Positions 49,660 to 59,710 of a stretch of DNA of 64,000 nt are shown here, piece after piece. Below the pieces are notes generated by a model, which saw only the letters and a program-made list of their open reading frames with translations, did no database searches and was not told the DNA's origin. Location: positions 2,856 to 66,855 of the forward strand of contig JAHFRC010000002.1 of assembly GCA_023259015.1 (NCBI GenBank), read 5' to 3'. Both the position numbers and the translations under genes were made by a program. Every line of letters begins with the position of its first letter. Position 1 is the first letter of the stretch. The DNA is from Nitrosomonadales bacterium. GTDB lineage: Bacteria; Pseudomonadota; Gammaproteobacteria; Burkholderiales; Gallionellaceae.

Positions 49660-50355
49660 CTATGGGCGCGTTTCTACGGTTCCATCCGCACGCGCTGTAC
49701 CGCTAACCACCTGGTCAGACGATGTGCGAACCCGCACAGGTTGGCCTTCTGCCGCGTTGTTCAGCGCCTGGCCTTCGGAACGCACCCTGAAACCAACCCC
49801 TTCTGCCCTTACTTGCACCGTTTGCCCCTGCGTCACTGCATAGGGCGCACGCAACATATCCTGTTTCAGCACTTGGCCTGCGCCAATGCTGTATTTGAGC
49901 ATTTTACCGGCAGCTTGCGCCGGATCCGTAAGAGTGCCTGTTTGCGTCAATTCGCCGCTTTGGCTGGAAAAATCTTCCGCACGCAACACCTGCCCCTGCT
50001 GCAATGACTTGTTGGCGACGAGCAGGTTTGCGGTGACTGTAACATGCACCGGCACGAACAGCTTCCAGTTTTTCTTGCCAGCAGGGCAACGCACACCTAC
50101 AGTGCCGTTACCAAGCAACCGACCGCCGGGGGGCAAAAATGCTTCCAGCTGCGGGCAGGCGGGTAGTGCGATGCGCCGGTCTATCTCACCCACCTTGACG
50201 GCAACCTGGCCGTGAATATCCGAAGTTTGCGCGCGTATAAAGGCTTCAACAGCGGCGCTGATTCCGGAATGGTCTTGTTGTGCGCCTGCCCATATGGGCT
50301 GCGGAAACCACAACAAGATGAGCAATAATGGGGAATAGAAGTTTTTCATGTCCAT
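49660..50355 (-). CDS. flgA: Flagellar P-ring assembly chaperone FlgA
   Basis: The signal peptide is MDMKNFYSPLLLILLWFPQPIWA. A SAF-like C-terminus follows (GQVLRAEDF...GQVLKQDML...GQTVQVRAEG.GF.V...GQAL..A..GQPVRVR). The gene is divergent from flgB. Confidence 0.85.
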   Translation of the reverse strand: MDMKNFYSPLLLILLWFPQPIWAGAQQDHSGISAAVEAFIRAQTSDIHGQVAVKVGEIDRRIALPACPQLEAFLPPGGRLLGNGTVGVRCPAGKKNWKLFVPVHVTVTANLLVANKSLQQGQVLRAEDFSSQSGELTQTGTLTDPAQAAGKMLKYSIGAGQVLKQDMLRAPYAVTQGQTVQVRAEGVGFRVRSEGQALNNAAEGQPVRVRTSSDQVVSGTARADGTVETRP

Positions 50356-50502
50356 ATTGTCGGCTTGCAGCCGCCATAAGGGAAGCTTTTTAAGGCTGGA
50401 AATAAGATGGGTTTTCGCCTTTAATCGGACTATAGCCAAATCAGCTTGATGTTTAGTATGTGCGTCATCTGAGTAATGGATCGAGCAAGGCAGGAGACAA
50501 AC

Positions 50503-50907
50503 ATGACCAGCAGAATCGATGAAGCACTGCATTTTCACCAGACTGCATTAAGCTTGCGTACGGCGCGCCAGGAGTTGCTCGCGTCCAATATCGCCAATGC
50601 CGACACACCAAACTACAAAGCCAGGGACATTGATTTCGCCAGCGCCTTGCAGGGAGCATTGTCGGGCAGCACGGCAAAATTGCCGTTGGCAGCTACCTCG
50701 CCACGCCATCTGGAGGGCACAACGGGCGATAGCGTGATGGGGGCACCAGTGATGTACCGTAAGGTATTGCAACCGAGCGCGGATGGCAATACAGTGGACA
50801 TGGATATCGAACGTGCGCAGTTCGCCGATAATGCCTTGCGTTATGAGGCCAGCGTAAATTTCATTAACGCGCAAATCAAGGGTGTGTTAACGGCTTTACA
50901 AGGATAA
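50503..50907 (+). CDS. flgB: Flagellar proximal rod protein FlgB
   Basis: 134 aa with [20 protein letters not shown]. An AGGAG RBS precedes ATG 50503. Confidence 0.95.
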   Translation: MTSRIDEALHFHQTALSLRTARQELLASNIANADTPNYKARDIDFASALQGALSGSTAKLPLAATSPRHLEGTTGDSVMGAPVMYRKVLQPSADGNTVDMDIERAQFADNALRYEASVNFINAQIKGVLTALQG

Positions 50908-50912
50908 TCACC

Positions 50913-51317
50913 ATGTCGCTATTCAATATTTTTAACATCTCCGGCTCCGCCATGACAGCGCAGTCGCAACGGCTGAATGTGGTAGCCAGCAATCTCGCCA
51001 ATGCCGACAGCACAACCGGGCCGGATGGAAGGCCTTATCGCGCAAAACAAGTGGTGTTCAGCACCATGCCGGTGGACGGAAAAGCGGCTGCGGGCGTAAA
51101 AGTAGCGGCAGTAGTGGAAGATACATCCCCGATGAAAACGATATATGACCCAAAGCACCCTTTGGCTAATGAACAGGGCTATGTCACATTGCCCAATGTC
51201 AATGTGGTGGAGGAAATGGTGAATATGATCTCATCCTCGCGCTCATACCAGAACAATGTAGAGGTGATGAACACCTCCAAGAGTTTATTGCTCAAGACGT
51301 TATCCATAGGCCAGTAA
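50913..51317 (+). CDS. flgC: Flagellar proximal rod protein FlgC
   Basis: 134 aa with [21 protein letters not shown] and the C-terminus [20 protein letters not shown]. Confidence 0.95.
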   Translation: MSLFNIFNISGSAMTAQSQRLNVVASNLANADSTTGPDGRPYRAKQVVFSTMPVDGKAAAGVKVAAVVEDTSPMKTIYDPKHPLANEQGYVTLPNVNVVEEMVNMISSSRSYQNNVEVMNTSKSLLLKTLSIGQ

Positions 51318-51347
51318 AGAGATTTATTTAAAGACAAGGAGTAAAAC

Positions 51348-52043
51348 ATGAGTAATTCAATCCCTGACACCGGATCCGCAGCCGCACTGATCAATTCGCT
51401 GAATGCCGCAAACAGCTCGCTGGCAAAAAAAACCAGCAACACAGCAAGTAGCGTAAGTGATACTCAGGACAAGTTCCTGACGCTATTGGTCACACAGATG
51501 AAAAACCAGGATCCGCTGAACCCGCTGGATAACGCGCAGGTCACTTCGCAAATGGCGCAGCTCAGCACGGTGAGCGGCATTGACAAATTAAATTCAACCT
51601 TGCAGGCATTGAGCAACAGCATGTCGATGAGCCAGTCTGTGTCGGCCACCAGCATGATCGGGCATGGCGTTCTGGTTCCCGGCTCGGCCATAAACCTGAC
51701 CAATGGTCAGGCGCTTGGCGGCTTGGAATTAACGCAGCCGGCCGACAGCGTCAAGGTAACCATACAGGATGCGTCAGGCAATATTGTACGCACCTTGCAA
51801 CTGGGCGAGCAGAAAGCCGGGGTATTGCCATTTGCTTGGGATGGACAGACAGATAAGGGTACGGCTGCGGCAAGCGGTTCTTATAAATTTACGGCAGAAG
51901 CGGTTCTGGCTGGCGCCAAAACGGATGCCACCACCCTGGCTTTCGGCATGGTCAATGCCATAACTCCGGGAACACAGGGAACCACACTGGATGTGGGGCA
52001 ATTGGGCGAGTTCGACCTGTCCGCAGTTAAACAAGTCTTGTAA
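51348..52043 (+). CDS. flgD: Flagellar hook capping protein FlgD
   Basis: 231 aa with FLTLLVTQMKNQDPLNPLDN..VTSQMAQLSTV and a C-terminal FlgD Ig-like part. Confidence 0.95.
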   Translation: MSNSIPDTGSAAALINSLNAANSSLAKKTSNTASSVSDTQDKFLTLLVTQMKNQDPLNPLDNAQVTSQMAQLSTVSGIDKLNSTLQALSNSMSMSQSVSATSMIGHGVLVPGSAINLTNGQALGGLELTQPADSVKVTIQDASGNIVRTLQLGEQKAGVLPFAWDGQTDKGTAAASGSYKFTAEAVLAGAKTDATTLAFGMVNAITPGTQGTTLDVGQLGEFDLSAVKQVL

Positions 52044-52106
52044 TAACCGGATAACCCGCCACTCCCTGAAAAGGTAAGTGGCTGATACTAACGCAAGGAG
52101 AACACC

Positions 52107-53387
52107 ATGAGTTTTACGCAAGGTTTGAGTGGACTAAACGCGGCTTCCAAGAACCTGGAAGTGATCGGCAATAACGTGGCAAACGCAAATACGGTGGGTT
52201 TCAAGGGATCAATAGCGGAATTCGGTGATGTTTTTGCGGCTGCATTATCCGGCTCCGGCACCGCTCAGATAGGCATTGGCGCCAAACTTGAGACAGTTGC
52301 CCAGCAATTTTCACAGGGGAATATCAGCATAACCAACAATCCGCTGGATATGGCGATCAATGGCCCGGGGTTTTTTATCTTGAAGGGTGGCGCCGGTGGC
52401 GCTGTCTACACCCGGAATGGCCAATTTCAACTGGATAATGCCGGCTATATTGTGAGCAGTGCCGGGCACAGGCTACAGGGTTATCCGGCAGGGGCTACTG
52501 CTGTCGGCGGCGCCGGCACGCAAGACCTGCAAATACCAACGGCTTCCATGAACGCAGCCGCATCCACAAAAATAGCGGTTGGGCTGAATCTGGACTCGAC
52601 ATCACCGATAATCAACCCCGTGACCACTCCGTTTGATCCGACAAGCCCCGCAACCTATACCAATTCCACCTCGACGACCGCCTACGATTCCCAGGGGAAC
52701 AAACAAATTGTGACCATGTTTTTCGCCAAGAGAGCGATGAATCAGTGGGATGTTTATCAGACGACCAGCGATCCAAACAGTACGGTGGTCCCCCCTGTTT
52801 ATCTGGATCCCGCCGTAAATCCAGGTGTTGGAAACTGGGTTCCTATGGGAGGAGCAAGCCCGACTTTGAGTTTTGACGTAAATGGAACAAACGGGTCAGC
52901 GCTGCCATTTGTGGGCGCTTCATTTACAGCCCTGAGCGGCGCTGCGCAACAGCTTACTTTTGACTTCACTACCGCGACGCAATTTTCGGCGGATTTCGGG
53001 GTAACCGCATTAACCACCGACGGCTATGCTCAAGGAACGCTGAGCGGGTTCAATGTTTCTCCGGATGGAACCATTCTTGGCCGCTACTCCAACGGTAAAA
53101 CCCAGACCCTTGGCACGGTGGCATCGGCGACTTTTGCCAACATGAATGGCTTGCAACCACTCGGCGATAACGAATGGGCGGAAACGGGCGCGTCGGGCGT
53201 TCCTTTAAAAGGAACGCCAGGGACGGGTCTCAGGGGGTTGCTGCAAACTTCCGCGACGGAAGATTCCAACGTGGACTTGACTGCCGAACTGGTCAACATG
53301 ATCACGGCACAGCGCGTATATCAAGCCAATGCACAGACCATCAAAACGCAGGATGCGGTGATGCAGACGCTGATTAACCTGAGGTAA
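52107..53387 (+). CDS. flgE: Flagellar hook protein FlgE
   Basis: 426 aa. The N-terminus reads SFTQGLSGLNAASKNLEVIGNNVANANTVGFK and the C-terminus reads DLTAELVNMITAQRVYQANAQTIKTQD. Confidence 0.95.
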   Translation: MSFTQGLSGLNAASKNLEVIGNNVANANTVGFKGSIAEFGDVFAAALSGSGTAQIGIGAKLETVAQQFSQGNISITNNPLDMAINGPGFFILKGGAGGAVYTRNGQFQLDNAGYIVSSAGHRLQGYPAGATAVGGAGTQDLQIPTASMNAAASTKIAVGLNLDSTSPIINPVTTPFDPTSPATYTNSTSTTAYDSQGNKQIVTMFFAKRAMNQWDVYQTTSDPNSTVVPPVYLDPAVNPGVGNWVPMGGASPTLSFDVNGTNGSALPFVGASFTALSGAAQQLTFDFTTATQFSADFGVTALTTDGYAQGTLSGFNVSPDGTILGRYSNGKTQTLGTVASATFANMNGLQPLGDNEWAETGASGVPLKGTPGTGLRGLLQTSATEDSNVDLTAELVNMITAQRVYQANAQTIKTQDAVMQTLINLR

Positions 53388-53417
53388 TAACAGCGCTTGA
53401 AGTATTGAGGAAAAGAC

Positions 53418-54161
53418 ATGGACAGATTGATATATACCGCGATGACAGGCGCTTCGCATGTACTGCAACAGCAGGCAGCAGTGACGCAAAATCTGTCCAA
53501 TGTAAATACACCCGGTTATCGCGCCGCAATAAACACGTTTCGCGCCGTTCCGCTGGTTGGCGGAGGCCTGCCTACGCGCACCTTCGTGGTGGATTCCACC
53601 GCCGGAGCCGATTTTGCACCGGGGATATTGCAGCAGACCGGACGCAGTCTTGATGTGGCGGTGCAGGGCCAGGGCTGGATTGCCGTGCAACTGGATGATG
53701 GAAGCGAGGCTTATACCCGTAACGGCAGCTTTCAGGTTACACCTGAGGGCGTCCTGCAAACCCGAACCGGATTGAATGTAGCAGGAGACGCAGGCCCGAT
53801 CACCATTCCGGTGGATACCGAAGTTACTGTGGCCAAGGATGGCACCATTTCCACGGTGCCCAGCGGACCGCAGCCCAGCCAGGTAGTGGTATTGGGGCGT
53901 ATCAAGCTGGTTAACCCCCCTGAAAACCTGATGGTGCGGGGTAATGATGGGTTGTTCCGCACCACGGACGGCAACGCTGCCGAGGCCGATGTTAACGTGA
54001 CGGTGGCATCCGGCAATCTGGAAGGCAGCAACGTAAATACGGTGGAAGCGATGGTGAAAATGATTTCGCTGGGCCGGCAATTCGAGATGCAGATGAAAAT
54101 GTTGCAAAACGCCGACAACAATGCGAAGCAGGCCAGCACCCTGCTCAGCGTCAGTGGCTAA
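53418..54161 (+). CDS. flgF: Flagellar rod protein FlgF
   Basis: 247 aa with MDRLIYTAMTGA...NLSNVNTPGYR and the C-terminus LEGSNVNTVEAMVKMISLGRQFEMQ. Confidence 0.9.
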   Translation: MDRLIYTAMTGASHVLQQQAAVTQNLSNVNTPGYRAAINTFRAVPLVGGGLPTRTFVVDSTAGADFAPGILQQTGRSLDVAVQGQGWIAVQLDDGSEAYTRNGSFQVTPEGVLQTRTGLNVAGDAGPITIPVDTEVTVAKDGTISTVPSGPQPSQVVVLGRIKLVNPPENLMVRGNDGLFRTTDGNAAEADVNVTVASGNLEGSNVNTVEAMVKMISLGRQFEMQMKMLQNADNNAKQASTLLSVSG

Positions 54162-54209
54162 TGGGTATTTAACTGAGTTTGTCTTATTTGTCTTAAAAGG
54201 GTAATAGTC

Positions 54210-54992
54210 ATGATACGTTCCTTGTGGATCTCCAAAACCGGGCTGGAAGCGCAGCAAACCCAGATGGACGTGATCGCCAACAACTTGGCTAACGTCAGCA
54301 CCAACGGTTTTAAACGTTCGCGTGCAGTATTTGAGGATTTGCTGTACCAGACTATACGTCAGCCTGGTGCACAGTCTTCCCAGCAAACCCAGGTTCCCTC
54401 CGGCTTGCAACTCGGCACAGGGGTACGCCCGGTTGCAGTCGAACGCATTCATACTCAGGGTAACCTGCAAAGTACCGGCAATAATCTTGATGTAGCAATT
54501 AACGGAGCGGGTTTCTTCCAGATACTGATGCCGGATGGCACCACGGCGTACACACGCGATGGATCATTTCAGACAGACAACCAGGGGCAAGTGGTAACCT
54601 CCAGCGGTTTCCCGATACAGCCTGCCTTGACCATACCCCCAAATACAATCAACCTGACCATTGCACGTGACGGCACCGTATCGGTGACCCAGGCCGGGGT
54701 GACGACCCCTGTGCAAATCGGCAGCATACAACTGGCCACCTTTGTCAATCCGGCTGGGTTGCAAAGCATGGGCGAGAATCTGTATGTTGAAACCGGATCA
54801 TCCGGCACACCCAGCACCAATGTACCGGGCACCAATGGCGCAGGCTTGTTGAATCAGAGCTATGTAGAGACTTCCAACGTGAACGTGGTGGAGGAACTGG
54901 TGAATATGATACAGACACAACGCGCTTATGAGATCAACTCCAAGGCGATTACCACCTCGGATCAGATGTTGCAGAAATTGACACAGATGTAA
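54210..54992 (+). CDS. flgG: Flagellar distal rod protein FlgG
   Basis: 260 aa with [35 protein letters not shown] and the C-terminus [27 protein letters not shown]. Confidence 0.95.
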   Translation: MIRSLWISKTGLEAQQTQMDVIANNLANVSTNGFKRSRAVFEDLLYQTIRQPGAQSSQQTQVPSGLQLGTGVRPVAVERIHTQGNLQSTGNNLDVAINGAGFFQILMPDGTTAYTRDGSFQTDNQGQVVTSSGFPIQPALTIPPNTINLTIARDGTVSVTQAGVTTPVQIGSIQLATFVNPAGLQSMGENLYVETGSSGTPSTNVPGTNGAGLLNQSYVETSNVNVVEELVNMIQTQRAYEINSKAITTSDQMLQKLTQM

Positions 54993-55009
54993 CCGGAGCG
55001 GGGTGCATC

Positions 55010-55687
55010 ATGCATAATTTATTGTCAAGGTTAAGCGTAATGGGGGCGGTGCTGCTGGCGTCTGCGGGATGTGCAAATACTCCTTCGACCAGTATTTACC
55101 AACCGATAACGGCACGCCCGGCTGAACAGAAGGCGGCAACCTCCCCGCGTAACGGCGCCATATTTCAGGCTGGACAAAACGAACATCCTTTATTTGAGGA
55201 CAGGCACGCGCGCAATGAGGGCGATATCCTGACCATAAATATTGTTGAAGCGACTACAGCCAGCGAAAAATCCAGCAGTAACGCGGAACACAGCGGTGCT
55301 ATCACAACAAACACAAGCAATGTTCCTCACGCAGGCATGCTGTTGCAACCCTTCAATGTTGGCGGCACATCGAGCGGCAAGCTGGCTAACAAGAGTGACA
55401 CCGCCGGCAATAACACTTTTTCCGGAACCATCACCGTGACGGTGATTGAGGTGCTGCCAAACGGAAATTTACTGGTCGGCGGCGAGAAACAGGTTGCGAT
55501 CGGCCAGTCCAATGAGCATATCCGCTTCTCCGGTGTAGTCAATCCCAGCACCATTACCGGCAACAATACCGTGCAGTCCACCCAAGTGGCCGATGCACAC
55601 ATTGAATACAAAGGCGCTACCAATGTTGACATGTCTGCGATCATGAGCATGATGGCGCGCGTCTTCCTCTCGGTGTTGCCCTTCTAA
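55010..55687 (+). CDS. flgH: Flagellar L-ring lipoprotein FlgH
   Basis: 225 aa. The lipobox is LLASAGC, with [10 protein letters not shown] and [11 protein letters not shown]. Confidence 0.95.
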   Translation: MHNLLSRLSVMGAVLLASAGCANTPSTSIYQPITARPAEQKAATSPRNGAIFQAGQNEHPLFEDRHARNEGDILTINIVEATTASEKSSSNAEHSGAITTNTSNVPHAGMLLQPFNVGGTSSGKLANKSDTAGNNTFSGTITVTVIEVLPNGNLLVGGEKQVAIGQSNEHIRFSGVVNPSTITGNNTVQSTQVADAHIEYKGATNVDMSAIMSMMARVFLSVLPF

Positions 55688-55703
55688 AAAAAGGAAACTA
55701 ACC

Positions 55704-56810
55704 ATGAACATAATTTTGAAACTGGCTTTGGCTGTGCTGATCGCGGCACTATCATTTTCCGCCTCTGCCGAACGCATCAAGGATCTGGCCAGCATCCAGG
55801 GCGTGCGCGACAACCAGTTAATCGGCTACGGCCTGGTGGTAGGTTTGGACGGGAGCGGCGACCAGACCACTCAGACCCCGTTCACCGTGCAAAGCACCAT
55901 CACCATGCTGTCACAAATGGGTGTCACCCTGCCTCCGGGCACCAGCCTGCAACTAAAAAATGTGGCGGCGGTAACGGTAACGGCGACATTGCCGCCGTTT
56001 GCGCGTCCGGGACAGGCAATAGATGTCACCGTTTCCTCGATAGGCAACGCAAAGAGCCTGCGCGGTGGCACGTTGCTGATGACGCCGCTGAAAGGGGCGG
56101 ACGGCCAGGTATACGCAATGGCCCAGGGCAATATGCTGGTTGGCGGCGTGGGTGCTTCGGCAGGCGGCGCCAAGGTGCAGGTCAACCACTTGAGTGTAGG
56201 GCGCATCCCGAGCGGAGCAACGGTGGAGCGCGCAGTGCCGACGATATTGGGACAGGGCAATTATATCCATCTGGAATTGAACACTACGGACTTCACTACG
56301 GCTACGCGTCTTGTCGATACAATCAACCGCGAGCTTTCGCCGAACAAGGAAATCGCTTCGGCGCTGGACGGCCGCATGATCCGGGTGCTTGCACCGGAAG
56401 GCAGCGCACGCGTAGCCTTTTTGTCGCAGATCGAAAATTTGCAGGTTGACCCGGCGAAAGGCATGGCGCGCGTTATCGTCAATGCCCGCACCGGTTCGGT
56501 AGTAATGAACCAGGCCGTAACACTGGACAATTGCGCAATTTCGCACGGTAACCTGACGGTAGTAATCAACACCGAAACGGTGGTCAGCCAACCCAACGCC
56601 CTTTCGGGAGGTGAAACCGTGCAGGTAAGCAAGCCCACGATAGATATCCAAGCCGACAAGGGCAATGTGATCCAGTTGAAGAGAGGCGTATCCTTGAACG
56701 AGGTGGTGAAGGCGCTGAATTCCATCGGTGCGACACCGCAGGATCTACTGGCTATCCTGCAGGCAATGAAGTCTTCAGGCGCTTTGCGGGCGGAACTGGA
56801 AATCATTTAA
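55704..56810 (+). CDS. flgI: Flagellar P-ring protein FlgI
   Basis: 368 aa with a signal peptide, then [31 protein letters not shown]. Confidence 0.95.
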   Translation: MNIILKLALAVLIAALSFSASAERIKDLASIQGVRDNQLIGYGLVVGLDGSGDQTTQTPFTVQSTITMLSQMGVTLPPGTSLQLKNVAAVTVTATLPPFARPGQAIDVTVSSIGNAKSLRGGTLLMTPLKGADGQVYAMAQGNMLVGGVGASAGGAKVQVNHLSVGRIPSGATVERAVPTILGQGNYIHLELNTTDFTTATRLVDTINRELSPNKEIASALDGRMIRVLAPEGSARVAFLSQIENLQVDPAKGMARVIVNARTGSVVMNQAVTLDNCAISHGNLTVVINTETVVSQPNALSGGETVQVSKPTIDIQADKGNVIQLKRGVSLNEVVKALNSIGATPQDLLAILQAMKSSGALRAELEII

Positions 56811-56825
56811 TTACACTAATACGTG

Positions 56826-57677
56826 ATGATTAAACCATCAGATAATTCCGGAAGTTTGGCGGCAAGTGCACAAAGCCTGGATAAACTCCGCGCACAGGCA
56901 AAACAATCGCCTGATCAGGCGCTAAAGGCCGCAGCGCAGCAGTTCGAGACAGTATTCATGAACATGATGCTGAAAAGCATGCGCGACGCCACGCCACAAG
57001 ACGGTGTATTCGACAGCGAGCAAACCAAGATGTTTACCGGTATGCTGGATCAGCAACTGGCACAGGACATGTCCAGCCGAGGCATAGGATTGGCTGACGC
57101 CATGGTCAAGCAATTGAGCAGAACACTAACTCCCGGTACTGCAACGGCGCTCCCGCAAGTTTCTCCTGCAGCACAGCCCAGCCGTGCCACTGCGGTGCCT
57201 TCGGCATACAGTGAGAATTTTCAACAGGATTTTGTGAGGCAGTTGACACCTTATGCCCTCCAGGCAAGCCGTGAAACTGGTGTGCCTGCGCAATTGATGC
57301 TGGGGCAGGCGGCATTGGAAAGCGGCTGGGGACGACGTGAAATACGCCTGCCGGATGGCGGTAACAGTTACAACCTGTTCGGCATCAAAGCGGGCAGCAA
57401 TTGGAGCGGGAAGGTGGCACAAGTGACAACCACGGAGTACCATAACGGCGTACCCAGCAAGCAAGTGGAAAAGTTTCGCGCTTATGGTTCATACGCCGAG
57501 GCGTTCAGCGATTATGCGCACTTGTTACGCGATAACCCGCGTTATGCCGGTGTGATACAGCAAGGGCAAGATGCGCAATCCGCTGCCAAGGCTTTGCAGG
57601 TCGCGGGTTACGCGACCGACCCGAATTATGCCGGCAAACTGGCAAAGGTCATGAACCGGATCAGTATGTTAAGTTAG
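56826..57677 (+). CDS. flgJ: Flagellar rod assembly protein/muramidase FlgJ
   Basis: The N-terminal rod-binding region is AAQQFETVFMNMMLKSMR and the C-terminal glucosaminidase region is GQAALESGWG...YNLFGIKAG. The ORF is open from GTG 56823. Confidence 0.9.
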   Translation: MIKPSDNSGSLAASAQSLDKLRAQAKQSPDQALKAAAQQFETVFMNMMLKSMRDATPQDGVFDSEQTKMFTGMLDQQLAQDMSSRGIGLADAMVKQLSRTLTPGTATALPQVSPAAQPSRATAVPSAYSENFQQDFVRQLTPYALQASRETGVPAQLMLGQAALESGWGRREIRLPDGGNSYNLFGIKAGSNWSGKVAQVTTTEYHNGVPSKQVEKFRAYGSYAEAFSDYAHLLRDNPRYAGVIQQGQDAQSAAKALQVAGYATDPNYAGKLAKVMNRISMLS

Positions 57678-57718
57678 TGGCATTGCCATGATTGCAAACC
57701 CGCCTGGAAAATTTGCAT

Positions 57719-57745
57719 TCAAGAAACCGGCCAGGCTGCCGATAA
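57719..57745 (+). promoter_or_regulatory. Sigma-28-type promoter: TCAAGAAA-N11-GCCGATAA upstream of flgK
   Basis: The -10 half GCCGATAA at 57738-57745 is perfect, with exact 11-nt spacing from TCAAGAAA at 57719-57726. The site ends 35 nt before the flgK ATG. Confidence 0.65.
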
Positions 57746-57780
57746 ACTAGTTAGCGCTTGTTGCGTGATAAGGAAAATAA

Positions 57781-59703
57781 ATGGCTGATATTTTCGGTGT
57801 TAGTGTTAGCGCGTTGAACTCGGCCCAACTAGGGCTGTCGACGGCTGAGCACAATATCGCCAATGCGAATACTCCTGGTTATAACCGCCAGGTAACCGTG
57901 CAAGCTGCCCGCTCTGCGCAACTGTTGGGGGCGGGTTATGTCGGACAAGGCTCGGATGTGTCCTCAATCAATCGGATTTATGACCAGTTTCTTTCTGCCC
58001 AGGTTGTCCAGGAGCAGGGAACATCAGCGCAACTCAATAGTTATTATTCCCAGATTCAACAAGTTAACAATATGCTGGCCGACCCGACAGCGGGTTTGTC
58101 GCCTGCGCTGCAGGATTTTTTCAGCGCGGTAAGCGGTGTATCCAATGCACCTGAATCGATACCCGCGCGACAGGCGCTACTTAGCAATGCACAGGCATTG
58201 GTATCCCGCTTCCAATCAATGAACCAACGTTTGACCGACGTCAACAATGGCATTAACGGTCAAATTAAGAACAGCGTAACAACCATTAACAGTTATGCGA
58301 AGCAGATTGCCGCGCTCAACAAAAACATAGTGACAGCCATGGCCCAATCTGGGGGCAAGCCGCCCAATGATTTATTGGATCAGCGCGACCAACTCCTCTT
58401 GCAAATGAATCAGGAAGTCAAAACCAATGTCGTGAAGCAGGATGACGGCAGCATTAATTTGTCCATCGGGAACGGGCAATTGCTGGTGGTAGGCTCCCAA
58501 GCTTTCAGCTTGCAGGCTGCAACGTCTTTGACTGACCCAACCAAGATTGAAGTGGCTTATGGTGTTTCTGGCGGGAATATCATCCGGATGCAGCAAAGCA
58601 CTATCCAGGGAGGCAATCTGGGAGGGCTCCTGTCCTTCCGCAGCCAGACACTGGACGCCGCACAAAACTCTCTGGGTCTGGTAGCCACTGGGTTAGCCGG
58701 AACATTTAACCAGCAACACCAGCTTGGGCAGGATCTGAATGGCGTTTTAGGCGGCGACTTCTTTATCCAGCCAGTGCCTGTTGTCAACAAGAATGCCGCA
58801 AATAATGGAGATGCCGTCATCAGCGCCAATATTTCCAGCTACAGCGCATTGACTGGCAGTGATTATGTATTGAAGTTCAACGGCGGCACCAGCTACACCC
58901 TGACACGCCTGTCGGATAATACTGTTACCAATTTCCCTGCCGGCTTGCCGCAAACTGTGGATGGTTTGACGCTGGGCCTGGCTTCAGGAACTCCCATAAC
59001 CGGTGACAACCTTTTAATCCGCCCAACCGCGAATGGCGCGCTCAGCATAGGAGTTGCCATCTCTGACACTGCCAAAATTGCCGCTGCGGCGCCCATGCGC
59101 ACAAACGCAACACTGACTAATAACGGAACAGGAAAGATCAGCGCTGGTTCAGTGGATACCCCGCTCGACCCCAAGCTCCAGGATGACGTAACGATCACGT
59201 TTGTTGATGCAACCCATTACACTGTCACAGACAATACCACGGCGACAACGCTGGTGGGATTGCCTGGTGCGCCGTATAACCCGAACATTGGAGCGGCGTT
59301 ATCCTTCAACGGCTGGACGGCTCAGCTTACGGGAGCGCCGGTCGCAAACGATACCTTTACGGTAGGCCCCAATAACAGCGCTTCTTCAGACAACCGCAAC
59401 GCATTGCTATTAAATGGTTTGCAAACCCAGAATACCCTGCTCGGCGGAACTGCCAGTTATCAAGGCGTATATGGCCAGTTGGTGGCGCAGGTGGGAAGCA
59501 AGACACGCGAGTTGCAAGTAACCAGCAAGGCGCAGGATGCCATGTTGCAACAGACTATTCAGGCCCAGCAAGCAATCTCAGGGGTGAATCTCGATGAAGA
59601 AGCGGCCAATCTGTTGCGTTACCAGCGTGCCTATCAGGCCGCAGGCAAAGCGATGCAAATTGCCAGCACTTTGTTTGATACATTACTTGGTTTAGGAAGG
59701 TAG
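57781..59703 (+). CDS. flgK: Flagellar hook-associated protein 1 FlgK
   Basis: 640 aa. The N-terminus reads FGVSVSALNSAQLGLSTAEHNIANANTPGYNRQ and the C-terminus reads GVNLDEEAANLLRYQRAYQAAGKAMQIA. Confidence 0.95.
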   Translation: MADIFGVSVSALNSAQLGLSTAEHNIANANTPGYNRQVTVQAARSAQLLGAGYVGQGSDVSSINRIYDQFLSAQVVQEQGTSAQLNSYYSQIQQVNNMLADPTAGLSPALQDFFSAVSGVSNAPESIPARQALLSNAQALVSRFQSMNQRLTDVNNGINGQIKNSVTTINSYAKQIAALNKNIVTAMAQSGGKPPNDLLDQRDQLLLQMNQEVKTNVVKQDDGSINLSIGNGQLLVVGSQAFSLQAATSLTDPTKIEVAYGVSGGNIIRMQQSTIQGGNLGGLLSFRSQTLDAAQNSLGLVATGLAGTFNQQHQLGQDLNGVLGGDFFIQPVPVVNKNAANNGDAVISANISSYSALTGSDYVLKFNGGTSYTLTRLSDNTVTNFPAGLPQTVDGLTLGLASGTPITGDNLLIRPTANGALSIGVAISDTAKIAAAAPMRTNATLTNNGTGKISAGSVDTPLDPKLQDDVTITFVDATHYTVTDNTTATTLVGLPGAPYNPNIGAALSFNGWTAQLTGAPVANDTFTVGPNNSASSDNRNALLLNGLQTQNTLLGGTASYQGVYGQLVAQVGSKTRELQVTSKAQDAMLQQTIQAQQAISGVNLDEEAANLLRYQRAYQAAGKAMQIASTLFDTLLGLGR

Positions 59704-59710
59704 GTGTGCC

